Assembly (NCBI RefSeq): GCF_006345805.1
Contig: NC_042999.1
Location: 161,820,001-161,884,000, forward strand
From: Octopus sinensis
Lineage: Eukaryota
Direction of reading: 5' to 3'
Length of the DNA stretch: 64,000 nt
Shown here: in pieces, positions 10,078 to 23,307 of the stretch
How positions within the stretch are numbered: position 1 is the first letter of the stretch
Layout of the letters: each line of letters starts with the position of its first letter
The notes under the pieces: model-generated
Databases searched by the model: none
Told to the model about the DNA's origin: nothing
The model's input: the letters and a program-made list of their open reading frames with translations, nothing else
Program-made: the position numbers and the translations under genes

Positions 10078-13000
10078 AGAGAGAGAGAGAGAGTGATCAA
10101 GAATGTGTGAGAGAGAGAGAGAGAGAGAGAGAGTGATCAAGAAGTGTGTGTGAGAGAGAGAGAGAGAGAGTGATCAAGAATGTGTGTGAGAGAGAGAGAG
10201 AGAGAGTGATCAAGAATGTGTGTGTGAGAGAGAGAGAGAGTGATCAAGAATGTGTGTGTGTGAGAGAGAGAGAGAGTGATCAAGAATGTGTGTGAGAGAG
10301 AGAGAGAGAGAGTGATCAAGAATGTGTGTGTGAGAGAGAGAGAGAGAGTGATCAAGAATGTGTGTGAGAGAGAGAGAGAGAGAGAGTGATCAAGAATGTG
10401 TGTGAGAGAGAGAGAGAGAGAGTGATCAAGAATGTGTGTGTGAGAGAGAGAGAGAGAGTGATCAAGAATGTGTGAGAGAGAGAGAGAGAGAGTGATCAAG
10501 AATGTGTGTGAGAGAGAAGAGAGAGAGAGTGATCAAGAATGTGTGTGAGAGAGAGAGAGAGAGAGTGATCAAGAATGTGTGTGAGAGAGAGAGAGAGAGA
10601 GTGATCAAGAATGTGTGTGAGAGAGAGAGAGAGAGTGATCAAGAATGTGTGTGTGAGAGAGAGAGAGAGAGTGATCAAGAATGTGTGTGTGTGAGAGAGA
10701 GAGAGAGTGATCAAGATGTGTGTGAGAGAGAGAGAGAGAGAGTGATCAAGAATGTGTGGTGAGAGAGAGAGAGAGAGAGTGATCAAGAATGTGTGTGTGA
10801 GAGAGAGAGAGAGAGTGATCAAGAATGTGTGTGAGAAGAGAGAGAGAGTGATCAAGAATGTGTGTGTGAGAAGAGAGAGAGAGAGTGATCAAGAATGTTG
10901 TGTGAGAGAGAGAGGAGAGAGAGATGATCAAGAATGTGTGTGAGAGGAGAAGAGAGAGAGTGATCAAGAATGTGTGTGTGAGAGAGAGAGAGAGAGTGAT
11001 CAAGAAGTGTGGTGTGAGAGAGAGAGAGAGAGTGATAAGAATGTGTGTGAGAGAGAGAGAGAGGAGAGTGATCAAGAATGTGTGTGAGAGAGAGAGAGAG
11101 AGAGTGTGATCAAGAATGTGTGTGAGAGAGAGAGAGAGAGAGTGATCAAGAATGTGTGTGAGAGAGAGAGAGAGAGAGTGATCAAGAGTGTGAGTGAGAG
11201 AGAGAGAGAGAGTGATCAAGAATGTGTGTGAGAGAGAGAGAGAGAGAGAGTGATCAAGAATGTGTGTGAGAGAGAGAGAGAGAGAGTGATCAAGAATGTG
11301 TGTGAGAGAGAGAGAGAGAGAGTGATCAAGAATGTATGTGTGAGAGAGAGAGAGAGAGAGTGATCAAGAATGTGTGTGTGAGAGAGAGAGAGAGAGTGAT
11401 CAAGAATGTGTGTGAGAGAGAGAGAGAGAGTGATCAAGAATTGTGTTTGTGAGAGAGAAGAGAGAGAGTGATCAAGAATGTGTGTGTGAGAGAGAGAGAG
11501 AGTGATCAAGAATGTGTGTGAGAGAGAGAGAGAGAGAGTGATCAAGAATGTGTGTGAGAAGAGAGAGAGAGAGTGATCAACATGTGTGTAAGAGAGAGAG
11601 AGAGAGTGATCAAGAATGTGTGTGTGAGAGAGAGAGAGAGAGTGATCAAGAATGTGTGTGAGAGAGAGAGAGAGAGTGATCAAGAATGTGTGTGAGAGAG
11701 AGAGAGAGAGTGATCAAGAATTTGTGGGAGAGAGAAGAGAGAGAGAGTGATCAAGAATGTTGTGTGAGGAGAGAGAAGAGAGAGTGATCAAGAATGTGTT
11801 GAGAGAGAGAGAGAGAGTGATCAAGAATGTATGTGTGAGAGAGAGAGAGAGAGAGTGATCAAGAATGTGTGTGAGAGAGAGAGAGAGTGATCAAGAATGT
11901 GTGTGAGAGAGAGAGAGAGAGAGTGATCAAGATGTGTGTGAGAGAGAGAGAGAGAGAGAGTGATCAAGAATGTGTGTGTGAGAGAGAGAGAGAGAGTGAT
12001 CAAGAAGTGTGTGAGAGAGAGAGAGAGAGAGTGATCAAGAATGTGTGTGTGAGAGAGAGAGAGAGAGTGATCAAGAATGTGTGTGAGAGAGAGAGAGAGT
12101 GATCAAGAATGTGTGTGAGAGAGAGAGAGAGAGAGTGATCAAGAATGTTGTGTGAGAGAGAGAAGAGAGAGTGATCAAGAATGTGTGTGTTAGAGAGAGA
12201 GAGAGAGAAGTGATCAAAATGTGTGTGTGAGAGAGAGAGAGAGAGTGATCAAGAATGTGTGTGAGAAGAGAGAGAGAGAGAGTGATCAAGAATGTGTGTG
12301 GAGAGAGAGAGAGAAGTGATCAAGAATGTATGTTGAGAGAGAGAGAGAGAGAGTGATCAAGAATGTGTGTGTGAGAGAGAGAGAGAGAGTGATCAAGAAT
12401 GTGTGTGAGAGAGAGAGAGAGAGGAGTGATCAAGAATGTGTGGTGAAGAGAGAGAGAGAGAGTGATCAAGAATGTTGTGTGAGTGAGAGAGAGAGAGTGA
12501 TCAAGAATGTGGTGTGAGAGAGAGTGAGAGAGAGTGATCAAGAATGTGGTGTGAGAGAGAGAGAGAGAGAGTGATCAAGAATGTGTGTGAGATGAGAGAG
12601 AGAGAGAGAGAGTGGATCAAGAATGTTGTGAGAGAGAGAGAGAGAGTGATCAAGAATGTTGTGTGAGAGAGAGAAGAGAGAGTGATCAAGAATGTGTGTG
12701 AGAGAGAGAGAGAGTGATCAAGATGTTTGTGGAGAGAGAGAGAGAGAGAGTGATCAAGAATGTGTGTGTGAGAGAGAGAGAGAGAGTGATCAAGAATTAT
12801 GTGTGAGAGAGAGAGAGAGAGAGAGAGAGTGATCAAGAATTGTGTGAGAGAGAGAGAGAGAGAGAGTGATCAAGAATGTGTGTGTGAGAGAGAGAGAGAG
12901 AGTGATCAAGAATGTTGTGTGAGAGAGAAGAGAGAGAGTGATCAGAATGTGTGTGAGAGAGAGAGAGAGAAGGAGTGATCAAGAATTGTGTGGAGAGAGA

Positions 13001-13709
13001 GAGAGAGAGAGAGTGATCAAGAATGTGTGTGTGAGAGAGAGAGAGAGAGTGATCAAGAATGTATGTGTGAGAGAGAGAGAGAGAGAGTGATCAAGAATGT
13101 GTGTGAGAGAGAGAGAGAGAGAGTGATCAAGAATGTGTGTGAGAGAGAGAGAGAGAGAGTGATCAAGAATGTGTGTGTGAGAGAGAGAGAGAGAGAGTGA
13201 TCAAGAATGTGTGTGAGAGAGAGAGAGAGAGTGATCAAGAATGTGTGTGAGAGAGAGAGAGAGAGAGTGATCAAGAATTGTGTGTGTGAGAGAGAGAGAG
13301 AGAGTGATCAAGAATGTGTGTGAGAGAGAGAGAGAGAGAGTGATCAAGAATGTGTGTGAGAGAGAGAGAGAGAGAGTGATCAAGAATGTGTGTGTGAGGG
13401 AGAGAGAGAGAGTGATCAAGAATGTGTGTGTGAGGGAGAGAGAGAGAGTGATCAAGAATGTGTGAGAGAGAAGAGAGAGAGAGAGGTGATCAAGAATGTG
13501 TGTGAGAGAGAGAGAAGAGAGAGAGAGTGATCAAGAATGGTGTGTGAGAGAGAGAGAGAGAGAGTGATCAAGAATGTATGTGTGAGAGAGAGAGAGAGAG
13601 AGTGATCAAGAATGTGTGTGTGAGAGAGAGAGAGAGAGTGATCAAGAATCTGTGAGAGAGAGAGAGAGAGAGAGAGAGTGATCAAGAATGTGTGTGTGTG
13701 AGAGAGAGT
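10078..13709. repeat. Minisatellite/satellite: (GA)n-GTGATCAAGAAT-(GT)n, unit ~34-44 bp
   Basis: About 3.6 kb of continuous tandem array; roughly 90-100 units estimated from length divided by unit size. Confidence 0.98.
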
Positions 13710-13767
13710 GTGGAAGAGAACAAGAGGATGAGAGTACAAGTACTCTCATCCTCTTGTTCTCTTCCAC
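13710..13767. repeat. Perfect 28-bp hairpin with 2-nt loop
   Basis: gtggaagagaacaagaggatgagagtac-aa-gtactctcatcctcttgttctcttccac. Confidence 0.95.
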
Positions 13768-13789
13768 TCTCTCTCTCTCTGAGTGGGGG

Positions 13790-15560
13790 AGAAATAGTGG
13801 TGAAGTTCCAGGACGTACCCTCAAGGTACCGTATGGTTTGTTATGGGTTCCAGGTGGTGAATAGGTATTTATGGAAATTATTGCTTAATTTTAATCTGTA
13901 GTATTTGTATGTATATTTAGACTTCTCAGTATATCATAACAAAATTAACAGAGTGAGTTGGGGTGCTACTTTTCTGCCAATCACAGTCCCAGATATTTGT
14001 CAAGAGATGCTGTTGTTGGAAGTGAAAAAGTTATTTTATAGGATGAACTTCAATTTTTGAATGATAAACCTTTTCCCAATTCATTCAGGTCAGTTGTTTG
14101 GGAATTTTTGCAGCCAGAATTGTATGGCTTCTGTTTCATATTCATGTCAAACTGTGGTGTAGAGATTTACTACATCAAATAAGACAAACAGAGTATTTGT
14201 GTCGGTTTTATCTGTGAGATTGTGAAGCATACAATATGCCTTAGGAGGGGTTTTAGAAGTATATCAGTAAAGTTACTTTATGTGTTTCACAAGTGAAACT
14301 GCTACAATTGGTTTTAATTTGAGATCTTTGGGATGTGATTTTTTTTTTGATTTTTTGTACTTGTTTCAGTCATTTGACTGCGGCCATGCTGGAGCACCAC
14401 CTTTAATCAAGCAACTCGACCCTGGGACTTATTCTTTGTAAGCCCAGTACTTATTCTATCGGTCTCTTTTGCCGAACCGCTAAGTGACGGGGACATAAAC
14501 ACACCAGCATCGGTTGTCAAGCGATGCTGAGGGACAAACACAGACATACAAACATACACGCACACACACACACACACATATATATATACACATATATACG
14601 ACGGGCTTCTTTCAGTTTCCGTCTACCAAATCTACTCACAGGTTGGTGTTGGCGGCCGAGGCTATAGTAGAAGACACTTGCCCAAGGTGCTACGCAGTGG
14701 GACTGAACCCGGAACCATGTGGTTAGTTAGCAAGCTACTTACCACACAGCCACTCCTGCGCCTATTAGATTGTCATTATTTTAGATTGTTAGTAATTGTT
14801 TACCTTTTCATAATAGGTGTTTTCACAAAGTACAGATACTGCAGTATTTCGTAATGTTCTGAGTCTATAATGGCTTCAGCACTATCTTTATCTGGTTCTT
14901 TAGTAACTATATTATGATGATTCTTAAGATCATTGATGATTTCCCATTCTTTACAGTTGATATTTGACTTGAATTTTGGAAGTGGTAGCCCATAATAGGA
15001 AAAAGTGATTACAAATTACAGAATTTGATGCTATCTTTTTCTGGACTGTAATTATGTGTTGGGGTGGATTTTAGCCCTTTGAGAGAATTTGAATTTGTTG
15101 GGTTGACAGGGTTTTGTATGATAGATTTATTACCTTTAGAATCTTACAGTGAGACTGACATTTAATGTCTTGAATTCTAGCCACAGTGTTAACAAAAAAA
15201 ATATTCCTTTGAATATCATGGTTGAAGACATCAGTACTTGTGTTGTAATTGTGTTTATTACAGGTTCTTGGTTGTAGCTAGTCCTGTCTAAAGTTGTTAT
15301 TACGATTATAATTTCTGGTGTGTTGTGTCCTAGAAAACCTCTGTTGCATACGTGTAAAAATTTTTGATGAACTTTCTTTGGCATTATTGTCTGAGCTTTC
15401 TCCTTTTATTCTTTCTCTCAATTTGCTCCACATGGCTGAGTCTCTTCTTAATGTCATTATACAAATGTTATAAAATATTAATGTATCTTGCAGTATTAGA
15501 AATGCCAAATATAAGATAAAACGAAATTATGCAATGCTATTTCATCATTCATATACCATT
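13790..15560 (-). mobile_element. Decayed Penelope-like element (N-terminal domain plus RT), interrupted by a type-A SINE
   Basis: Minus-strand translations: VINLSYKTLSTQQIQILS/KGLKSTPT (~15060-15135), DLKNHHNIVTKEPDKDSAEAIIDSEHY (~14850-14930), FDVVNLYT (~14157-14180), EAIQFWL, QISGTVIGRKVAP (~13960-14000). These are typical Penelope ORF motifs. Confidence 0.82.
14358..14763 (-). mobile_element. Type-A SINE
   Basis: Full-length match to the other type-A copies. Confidence 0.93.
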
Positions 15561-15564
15561 GTCG

Positions 15565-16140
15565 TCATCATCATCATCATCATTTAGCGTCCGCTTTCCA
15601 TGCTAGCATGGGTTGGACAGTTCAACTGTGGTTTGTGAAGCCAGAAGGCTGCATCAGGCCCAGTCTGATCTGGCAGTGTTTCTACAGCTTGATGCCCTTC
15701 CTAACGCCAACCACTCCGTGAGTGTAGTGGGTGCTTTTTACGTACCACCCGCACAGGTGCCAGACAGAGCTGGCAACGGCCACGATCGAATGGTGCTTTT
15801 TACGTGCCACCGGCACAGGAGCCAGGTGAGACTGGCAACGGCCATGAACGGATGGTGCTTTTTACGTGCCACCGGCATGGGGGCCAGGCAAGGCTGGCAA
15901 CGGCCACGAATGGATGGTGCTTTTTACGTGCCACTGGCACGGAGGCGAGTTGGGGTGGCGCTGGCAACGGCCATGATCGGATGGTTTGCTTACTTGTCAC
16001 CGGCACTGGTATCACAGCTGCAATTTCCATTGATGTTGATTGACTTCGATTTTGGTTCTGCTTTCTGATATCTGATTTGATTTGGTTTGATTTTGATTTT
16101 GATTTATACATTTTGATTTATATATTTTGATTTTGATTGT
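15565..16140 (-). mobile_element. RTE 3' UTR/tail with tandem ~62-bp hairpin units and (TTTGA)n tract
   Basis: (cat)n-ttagcgtccgctttcc end; repeated ggatggtgctttttacgtgccaccggcac units; matches the UTR copy at about 46480-46745. Confidence 0.88.
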
Positions 16141-16711
16141 ATGTTATACAAATTAACTTTTTAATTGATTTATTAAATATCTAGCAAATAATTAGTTTTT
16201 ATCATTATATCAAAACATATTGATAAAAATACTAAATTTCCTTTGTACTGATACTTTTAGACAGGACTCTGTCTTTTGTATCTTGTATCACTTCCTACTC
16301 AAAGCTGCTACACTTTTTGGTCCTTTGACTCAGCACAGTCCATCAGCTTGCACAGATGTAGCAGCTAAGCTGTTTATTCCAGATGGGTCACTATTGCAAT
16401 AGAGGCACATCTTTCTATAATGATGCAAAGCCACTTAAGTGTTTTGTGACTGTAACAGGGAAGGGACAAGTGTTTATTGAAGTCTAAGGCAACCAGATGG
16501 ATGATATGGGAGGGGTACCAAGTGTGTCCTAATCACCAACTCAGGGGTAACATGTTTCTCCATCTGCTTTGAGAAAGCGGGTTTGCGGTAATTATCTAAC
16601 ATGATGTAAGGACCACTGGCTGTCAAACCAGAGTGGAGACAGGGATAGAGGTGAGTGTAACAATCAGCACCTGAGGTCATTCAGTCATTGATATTATATG
16701 GTAATAATATT

Positions 16712-17110
16712 TTTATCTTTTATTTTTTATTTGTTTCAGTCATAAGACTGCAGCCATGCTGGGACACAGCCTTGAAGAATTTTTTTTGTCAAATGAATCA
16801 ACCCAGTACATTTTTTTTAAGACTGCTACTTATTCTATCAGTCTCTTTTTGCTGAGCTGCTAAGTTATAGGGACATAAGCACACCAATACTAGTTGTCAA
16901 GTGGCGTTGGGAGATAAACACAGATACAAAGACACACACACACACACATACATATGACAGGCATCTTTCAGTTTCTGTCTATCAAATCCACTCACAAGGT
17001 CTTGATCAGCCTGAGGCTATAGTAGTAGACACTTGCCCAAGGTGCCATGCAGTGGGACTACAGCTGAAACTATATGGTTGGGACGCAAGCTTCCATGTAG
17101 CCACATCTGT
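16712..17110 (-). mobile_element. Older type-A SINE
   Basis: Diverged but collinear match to type A. Confidence 0.8.
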
Positions 17111-19204
17111 AATTACATTTAAAAATCCTGTTTCTTGGTGAGAATAAAAACTATCTCCCTGGAGCCAATGAAACACCTGATCACCTACTAATTTGATGTG
17201 TTCACCTGATTGGTAAGTGATCAGGTGACTGACTGGCTTCCTGAAGTTTATTGCAAGTGGTTTGATCAGCTGCATCAGAAATCTCCAAGAACCTTCTTCA
17301 TTCCTGCCCAACATAGTCATGAAAATCATAGTAATGAAGTTGCTGTCATTTGTTATGGAAGTAGTCTGCAGAAGGTTCTCATGAAACCAGTACTGCTGTT
17401 CATCTGCCAACTCTGACTATGGTGCTTATGCAGTGATAAATTCCGCAGTCATGTCTATAACTAGCCTAAGTTTAATTATTCTATTATATTCCGCACGCAT
17501 GTGTGTGTGTGTGTGTGTGTGTGCCTCTGTGTGTGTGTGTGCGTGTGTGCGCGTGTGTGTGTGTGTGTGTGCATGTTTGCATGTGATACTTTTTAGAAAG
17601 TGCGTCACTAGAAAACAAAATCTAGTACAACCATAAAATTTGTAGTGCTGCTGATGTTGATGATGGTGGTGGCTGTGGGGATGGTAGAGTTGATGGAATT
17701 GATAGTGGTATTGATAGAGTAAGATGAAGGGGTGCTAAGCTGGTGTAGCGTAGTTGTTGTGGTCATGCTATGCTAGTGGTAGTTGTAGTGCTGACACATT
17801 TTTGACCTGCGACGGATGGTGACGTCATTGTTTGTCATATTGAAGTCAGTGGAAGAGGTGACAGCACTCCTGTGGGTAAATGGTTTGATGAGGAGTAACC
17901 ATGGATAATGGTGGTAATGGTAGTTATGCATTCAGAAACCCCATTTCCCCCAGCCACCCACATATTTTTTTCAAGCTGAATAATACAAATGTCCCCCCAT
18001 GATAACCTCACTATAGAAGGTCAGGTTGTAATGAGATCTTATTCACTGTTGTTGTCATTATTGCAAAGCAAGATTTCTCACATTTGGCACAAAACCAAAA
18101 CTTGGTAAGAGAGGCTTTTGATTGATTAAATTGATTCCAAGTTCTGTGGTGCAAATGCTATCATTAACCCCAAGATGGATGAAAGATGAAAGTCAACCAA
18201 AGGTGCTTTTGGAACTCCTTAATACACACAGCACAGCTAAATCTTGTAATACATTATTAGGTCAGCATTCTACGTTGTATTATTCTACCTTCGTACTACC
18301 TTTATTGTTCAAATAACAATATTAATAATGACTGCGAATGAATATCAGATCTCTCTGCGCTCAGCTGCAGCTGCTGCTGTTGCTGCTGTTGCTGCTGTTG
18401 TTGTTGTTGGTGGTGGTGGTAGTGGTTGATGGTGGTGGTGAAAAAACAAAAATAGATAAAAAAAAATTAAAGAAATAAAACAAAATGATTTATTGAAGAT
18501 GAATATAATTCTATTGAGAAGTTACTTAAAACAGAGTAATATCAGGACAAGTCCAAATTGTGGTCCTAAGTAAATCTACTAATACTGCTATTGCTGCTAA
18601 TAATTCGATATGTGTGTGTGTGTGTGTGCACGTGTGTGTGTGTTTGTGTGTATATATATATATATAAAGCAGATGAGCAATAATAGACTAAATCTTTGTT
18701 TTGTGTATGCTAGCTTTTCCTATGCTGACATGATTTCCAGCCCACACCACTTCAACTATAATCACATAAAGGTGAACAGCAGAGTGTGTTAAATGGTTTC
18801 AGTTTCATTCTTCACATAGTGACATGTTCTCCTCCAAGGTTCACCTTCTGTAACCATGTTACCTCCAATGATGCATTCATGTAATGGGTTATTTGAATTC
18901 TTCCAGTACAAAGCCCCTTACCTTTATTTAAATTTTTCCAGTAGCATGACAACACTATATCAAAGTTAGAACTGTTTAAGAATTCTACTGGCTAATTGTA
19001 CAAACAGCTGATGCTTCTTCATTTGTTCACACTCACCTTCTAAACAGTACTCAGTTCCTTCTAATTCCTTCTCATCCTCATTATAAAAACATACGATGCA
19101 ACAGGAATGTTGTCTCGCTCCCACCCCAGTAAATATAAATTGCCTTTCTTTAAAAATGTACTATTGGATTGCAATGACACAGAAATTTCTGCAGGATTTC
19201 AAGG

Positions 19205-20340
19205 ATTTGTTGAAAAGTTCATAGGTCAGCCAAGATACTCTCATGAAATGGGATCAAATGAGGTTTAGTTTTCAACATGGTCCTTTCTGTGGTCTACATA
19301 CTTCTTCCATTGGTGTTGCATTGTTTGGATCCCATTGGTGAAGAAGCTTTCATCCTGTTAGTCAATCAAGAACAGATGTGATGACATGATCACTGTGATA
19401 CTAGTTCCCAACTAAGTGTCTTTTCATGTTGGGAACAGATGATTGTCCGATGGGACCAAATCAGGCGTATAGGGAGGGTGCTCAACCAGTTCAAAGCCAC
19501 AGTCACATACAGCAGCTGATTAAAAGCAAGGGCTTGTGTGCAGGAGCATTTTCCTAATGAAACAAGACCCCTTTCATCAATTTTCCTGAGCATTTGGTCT
19601 TGATACTTTTTGTGACTGTCTCAGCAAATTGGCATAGGACTCTCCATTAATGGTGTGTCCCTTTTGAAGGTAGTCAATAAACACAATGCATTTTTCATTC
19701 CAAAATACTGAGGCCATCGCCTTCCCTGCAAAGGAAACAATCTAATCTTGGTCTTCTTTAGAGCAGGTAAGGAGGGGTGTTTCCACTACATAGATTGTCT
19801 CTTTGTCTTTGGCTCAAAGTGATGAAGCCAACACTCATCTTGAGTGAGGAAATGTTCAAGAGACTCAGCTGGATCAGCCTCAAATAAAGACGATTTTCCC
19901 ATGATGTGATCAATACTCTTGATTGCGTGTCAGGTGTAGCACCCATCATGCAGAAACTTCCATCATACCAAGTTCATTGTGCAGAATATTCTCACCTCTC
20001 TCATGGGATATACTAATAGCATAGGCTATCTGATTTATAGTCAATCGCCTGTCATCTATCACCATGAACCTGATCGGTGTTTACCTTGATCGTGACAGTC
20101 TAGACCTTGGGTCATCTTCAAGACTCACCCTTCCCCTCCTAAATTCAGTTGCCCACTTTTGCACTGTTGGAGTGGCATCCCCTAATGTAGTAATCATGTC
20201 AGCATGACTGTCCTGGGGGGTGGGGGTGGCGGCTAAACCCTTTCTCCTGGGGGGGGGCTAAACCTTTTCTCCTGCAGGTACTTGATAACACCACAATACC
20301 AAATTTTGTTCATTTTCAAGAGAAGTTGCTACTAGTTTCA
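19205..20340 (-). mobile_element. Decayed mariner transposon
   Basis: Minus-strand fragments KWATEFRRGRVSLEDDPRS, DDRRLTINQIA, AGKAMASVFWNEKCIVFIDYLQKGHTINGESYANLL and a PYSPDL-like motif; TIR-like 'gttgaaaagttc' near 19215. Confidence 0.8.
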
Positions 20341-20684
20341 TTTGAAGTCTTCTTTGAAGAGTCAGGTGTCAGTTTACCTGGAAAGAAACAATGAGGTTAT
20401 TAATAAAGAGAGCTGAACTTTATGCATGCAAGATTTCACTACTCTAGCATCACTCCTTCATAGTAAGCCTATGAAGTTTTCAGCCCACCCTCATATATCC
20501 ATTATTGTCCACCAATTGTTATCAACTGATATTGCTTTCTCATTGGATCTTCTGTTGTGGAAGAGTATCTCCATTAGCTAACACCAACTCCTGTCATACC
20601 TATCGAGATTCTTGCCACCTCTTTGTCTTTTCCAGTTTAACTCCCTTCTTTTGCTATATTTCTTTTAATTTCTGGGTATGATTG

Positions 20685-20990
20685 TATGGTTCCGAAATTT
20701 GCCTTGCAAGCACATCGTTTTGGATTCAGTCCCACTGAATGGTACCTTAGGCAAGTATCTTCTATGAAAGCCCTGGGCCAACCAAATCCTTGTGAGTGGA
20801 TTTGATGGATGAGAACTGAAAAAAAAACGTGTGTGTGTGTGTTTCCCCATCCTGACATTACATGATAGTTGTGAGCACTCTCATACAAGTGGTACCCTTA
20901 GTTTCTAATCTTCTGTGAAAACATGTTCAGCTCAGAGGAAATACGACCTTATTGGAAACGAGTGAGGGTTGGCAAGAGGAAGTACATCCA
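20685..20990 (+). mobile_element. Old CORE-type SINE remnant
   Basis: ggattcagtcccactg..taggcaagtatcttct..ccttgtgagtggatttg head, with a different tail (gaaatacgaccttattggaaacgagtgagggttggc) also seen inverted near 7650-7700. Confidence 0.55.
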
Positions 20991-22700
20991 TCATCATCAT
21001 CATCATCATCATCAACATTTAACGCCTGTTTTCTATGTTGGCTTGGGTTGAGTGGCTTGACAGTAACAGGCAAGGGGCTGCATCAGTTTCCATAGTTTGT
21101 TTTGGTTTGGTTTCTACAGCTGGATGCCCTTCCTAATGCCAACCACTCCATGAGTGTACTGGGTGCTTTTTACAAGGTACCAACACCAACAGCAATGTTT
21201 TTCATGTGGCACCTTGGTTTTGGGATATCAATTCTGTTGTGGCGGGTGGGTCCTCTTGACTGCAGCAATGTGCCATGTATCTCAGTCCTCCGTCTCCTTC
21301 GAAAGGTTCAGCATTTTGAGATCAACCTTTCATATTTCAACCTTCTATCTGTAGAAAATTTGCCTCAATGAATTCCATCCGATCAGATGAAAATGGAAAA
21401 GAGGACATTAAAACAATGAAACTGATGATGACAATGTCAATAACACCTTAGTCTGTCTCTTTCCCACTGTTTCTTTTTCATTCAAATGTATACAAAAACA
21501 AAAGTTGTTAGAACAGATACAAACAGTGTAATGCTACAAGAATAGTCAGTCCATGCAAATAACTGTATATTGTTAGTTAAAACAAAATTGTCTGTTTTGA
21601 TGTGAATATTACATTGTTACAGACATAAATTAATGTTTTCTTGAGAGATGAAAAATGAGCACCGAAGAAAAAAGTATATTTTCAGAGAGAAAAAAACCCC
21701 TTCAAAAAACAAAAGATGATCTTTCTGTAATGATGTATGAATTGTATTGATACATTACAAATTTCCCATAGGAAAAAAAAATTATCATAAGAGATATTGG
21801 TGGTGCAGGTGCCAACAGTGGGACTGATGGATTACAGGTACTGATGCCTCCATGGCAACAATAAGAACAAAAGTAGTAGGTTTCAGGTGAGAATTAGAGA
21901 TGACCTATTTTATTCAGATAATGAGAAAGCTACTTAAAACTGGAATCGTAAGTGTAAGAATGAATGGCAGGTCATAAAGGATTTGTTAAAATCAAGGTCA
22001 AACACACACACACACACACACATACCACAATTATCTCTGCATAGGTATCAGAATCACAACTGACAGATAAGCAAAAGGAAATTTTTATGATGCCATCTTG
22101 TAGATTACCATGATAAAGAATGGTTGTGACTTTATCATCTTTATCATCACAGTTCATGACTTTAATAGATTGTTGGGAAACACTATGATGGCTATTCCAG
22201 TATGTATGCTTTAGGACATGATGTAAGGAAAAAAGATTGATTAAGGCTCTTGCAGTTCTGTGATACAATTGACCTACCATTTGCAGCCCTAACTTCAGCT
22301 AGCCACCTGATAACCTATTCACGGGCAAACCAGTTGAACTTCATGTTTATGAGAAAACAAGATGAGCAATTTATTGTCAAGACTAAGTCAACTGCCAAGA
22401 AATGTACCTTTTAACATAGACTCGAGATCAGCAGCCTTGGGATAAGAGGGAGATCGACTGAAAGATGTAAGAAATCTTGTGAAGGAAAGTATGGAAGCTG
22501 AAAGATACTTTAGTTGGATTAAAGAAGTATCAGTTAATATGCATGATGTTTGAAGAAGTTCCAGTTGACATGGTAAGATGATAAGGAGGAGGATATATAA
22601 CATACAGGACAACTCATTCTGTGAGACTGCTGTGAGCCATAGACTAGGTCTTTGAATAGAGCAAGGTTCCAGCCAGTTGAAAGGTGATATGTTAGTGGAA

Positions 22701-22931
22701 GGCGGCGAGTTGGCAGAAACGTTAGCACGCCGGGCGAAATGCGTAGCCGTATTTCGTCTGTCGTTACGTTGTGAGTTCAAATTCCGCCGAGGTCGACTTT
22801 GCCTTTCATCCTTTCGGGGTCGATAAATTAAGTACCAGTTACGCACTGGGGTCAATGTAATTGACTTAATACCTATGTCTGTCCTTGTTTGTCCCCTCTG
22901 TGTGTAGCCCCTTGTGGGCAGTAAAGAAATA
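22701..22931 (+). mobile_element. Type-B SINE with 15-bp TSD
   Basis: Full head and aagaaata tail; TSD gatatgttagtggaa (22686-22700) / gatatattagtggaa (22932-22946). Confidence 0.93.
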
Positions 22932-23307
22932 GATATATTAGTGGAAAAGCATGGTAGACAGAGCCATAAGAACTAAGATAACCTGGAAATGTTTGAGAAA
23001 TATGAGGAGCAAGTAACAGTGTTAGATAAAACAGAAGGTAGATATTTGGTACACATAACACAGAGAAGCTGAAAGTCAGAGGTTTGTCTCTCTCCTGTGG
23101 TACAAGGACCAGAAGTATAAGGTGCTAAATCAAGATGTTGCAACACTACATACTTCCAAACAACTGCAACATCAACAACCATACTAGGTTGTTGTCATTC
23201 TATGTAAGGTTATAAACCACTTATATGCCAAGGAATCCTAAGATAACAATGCTATAATACAATGAGTTCAGTTTCCCATCCTTGGTATGGATATCCTAAG
23301 AAATATA

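Noticed and set aside
10137-13739. Many ORFs of the MITLSLSL... / VIKNVCERER... type
   Set aside because: Translations of the satellite; low complexity, no coding signal.
15730-16000. CRISPR-like repeat-spacer array (also at 35100, 47630, 52350 and 59480)
   Set aside because: The spacers are short, related to each other and recur in other dispersed copies; the array is part of an RTE 3' UTR in eukaryotic DNA and no cas genes are present.
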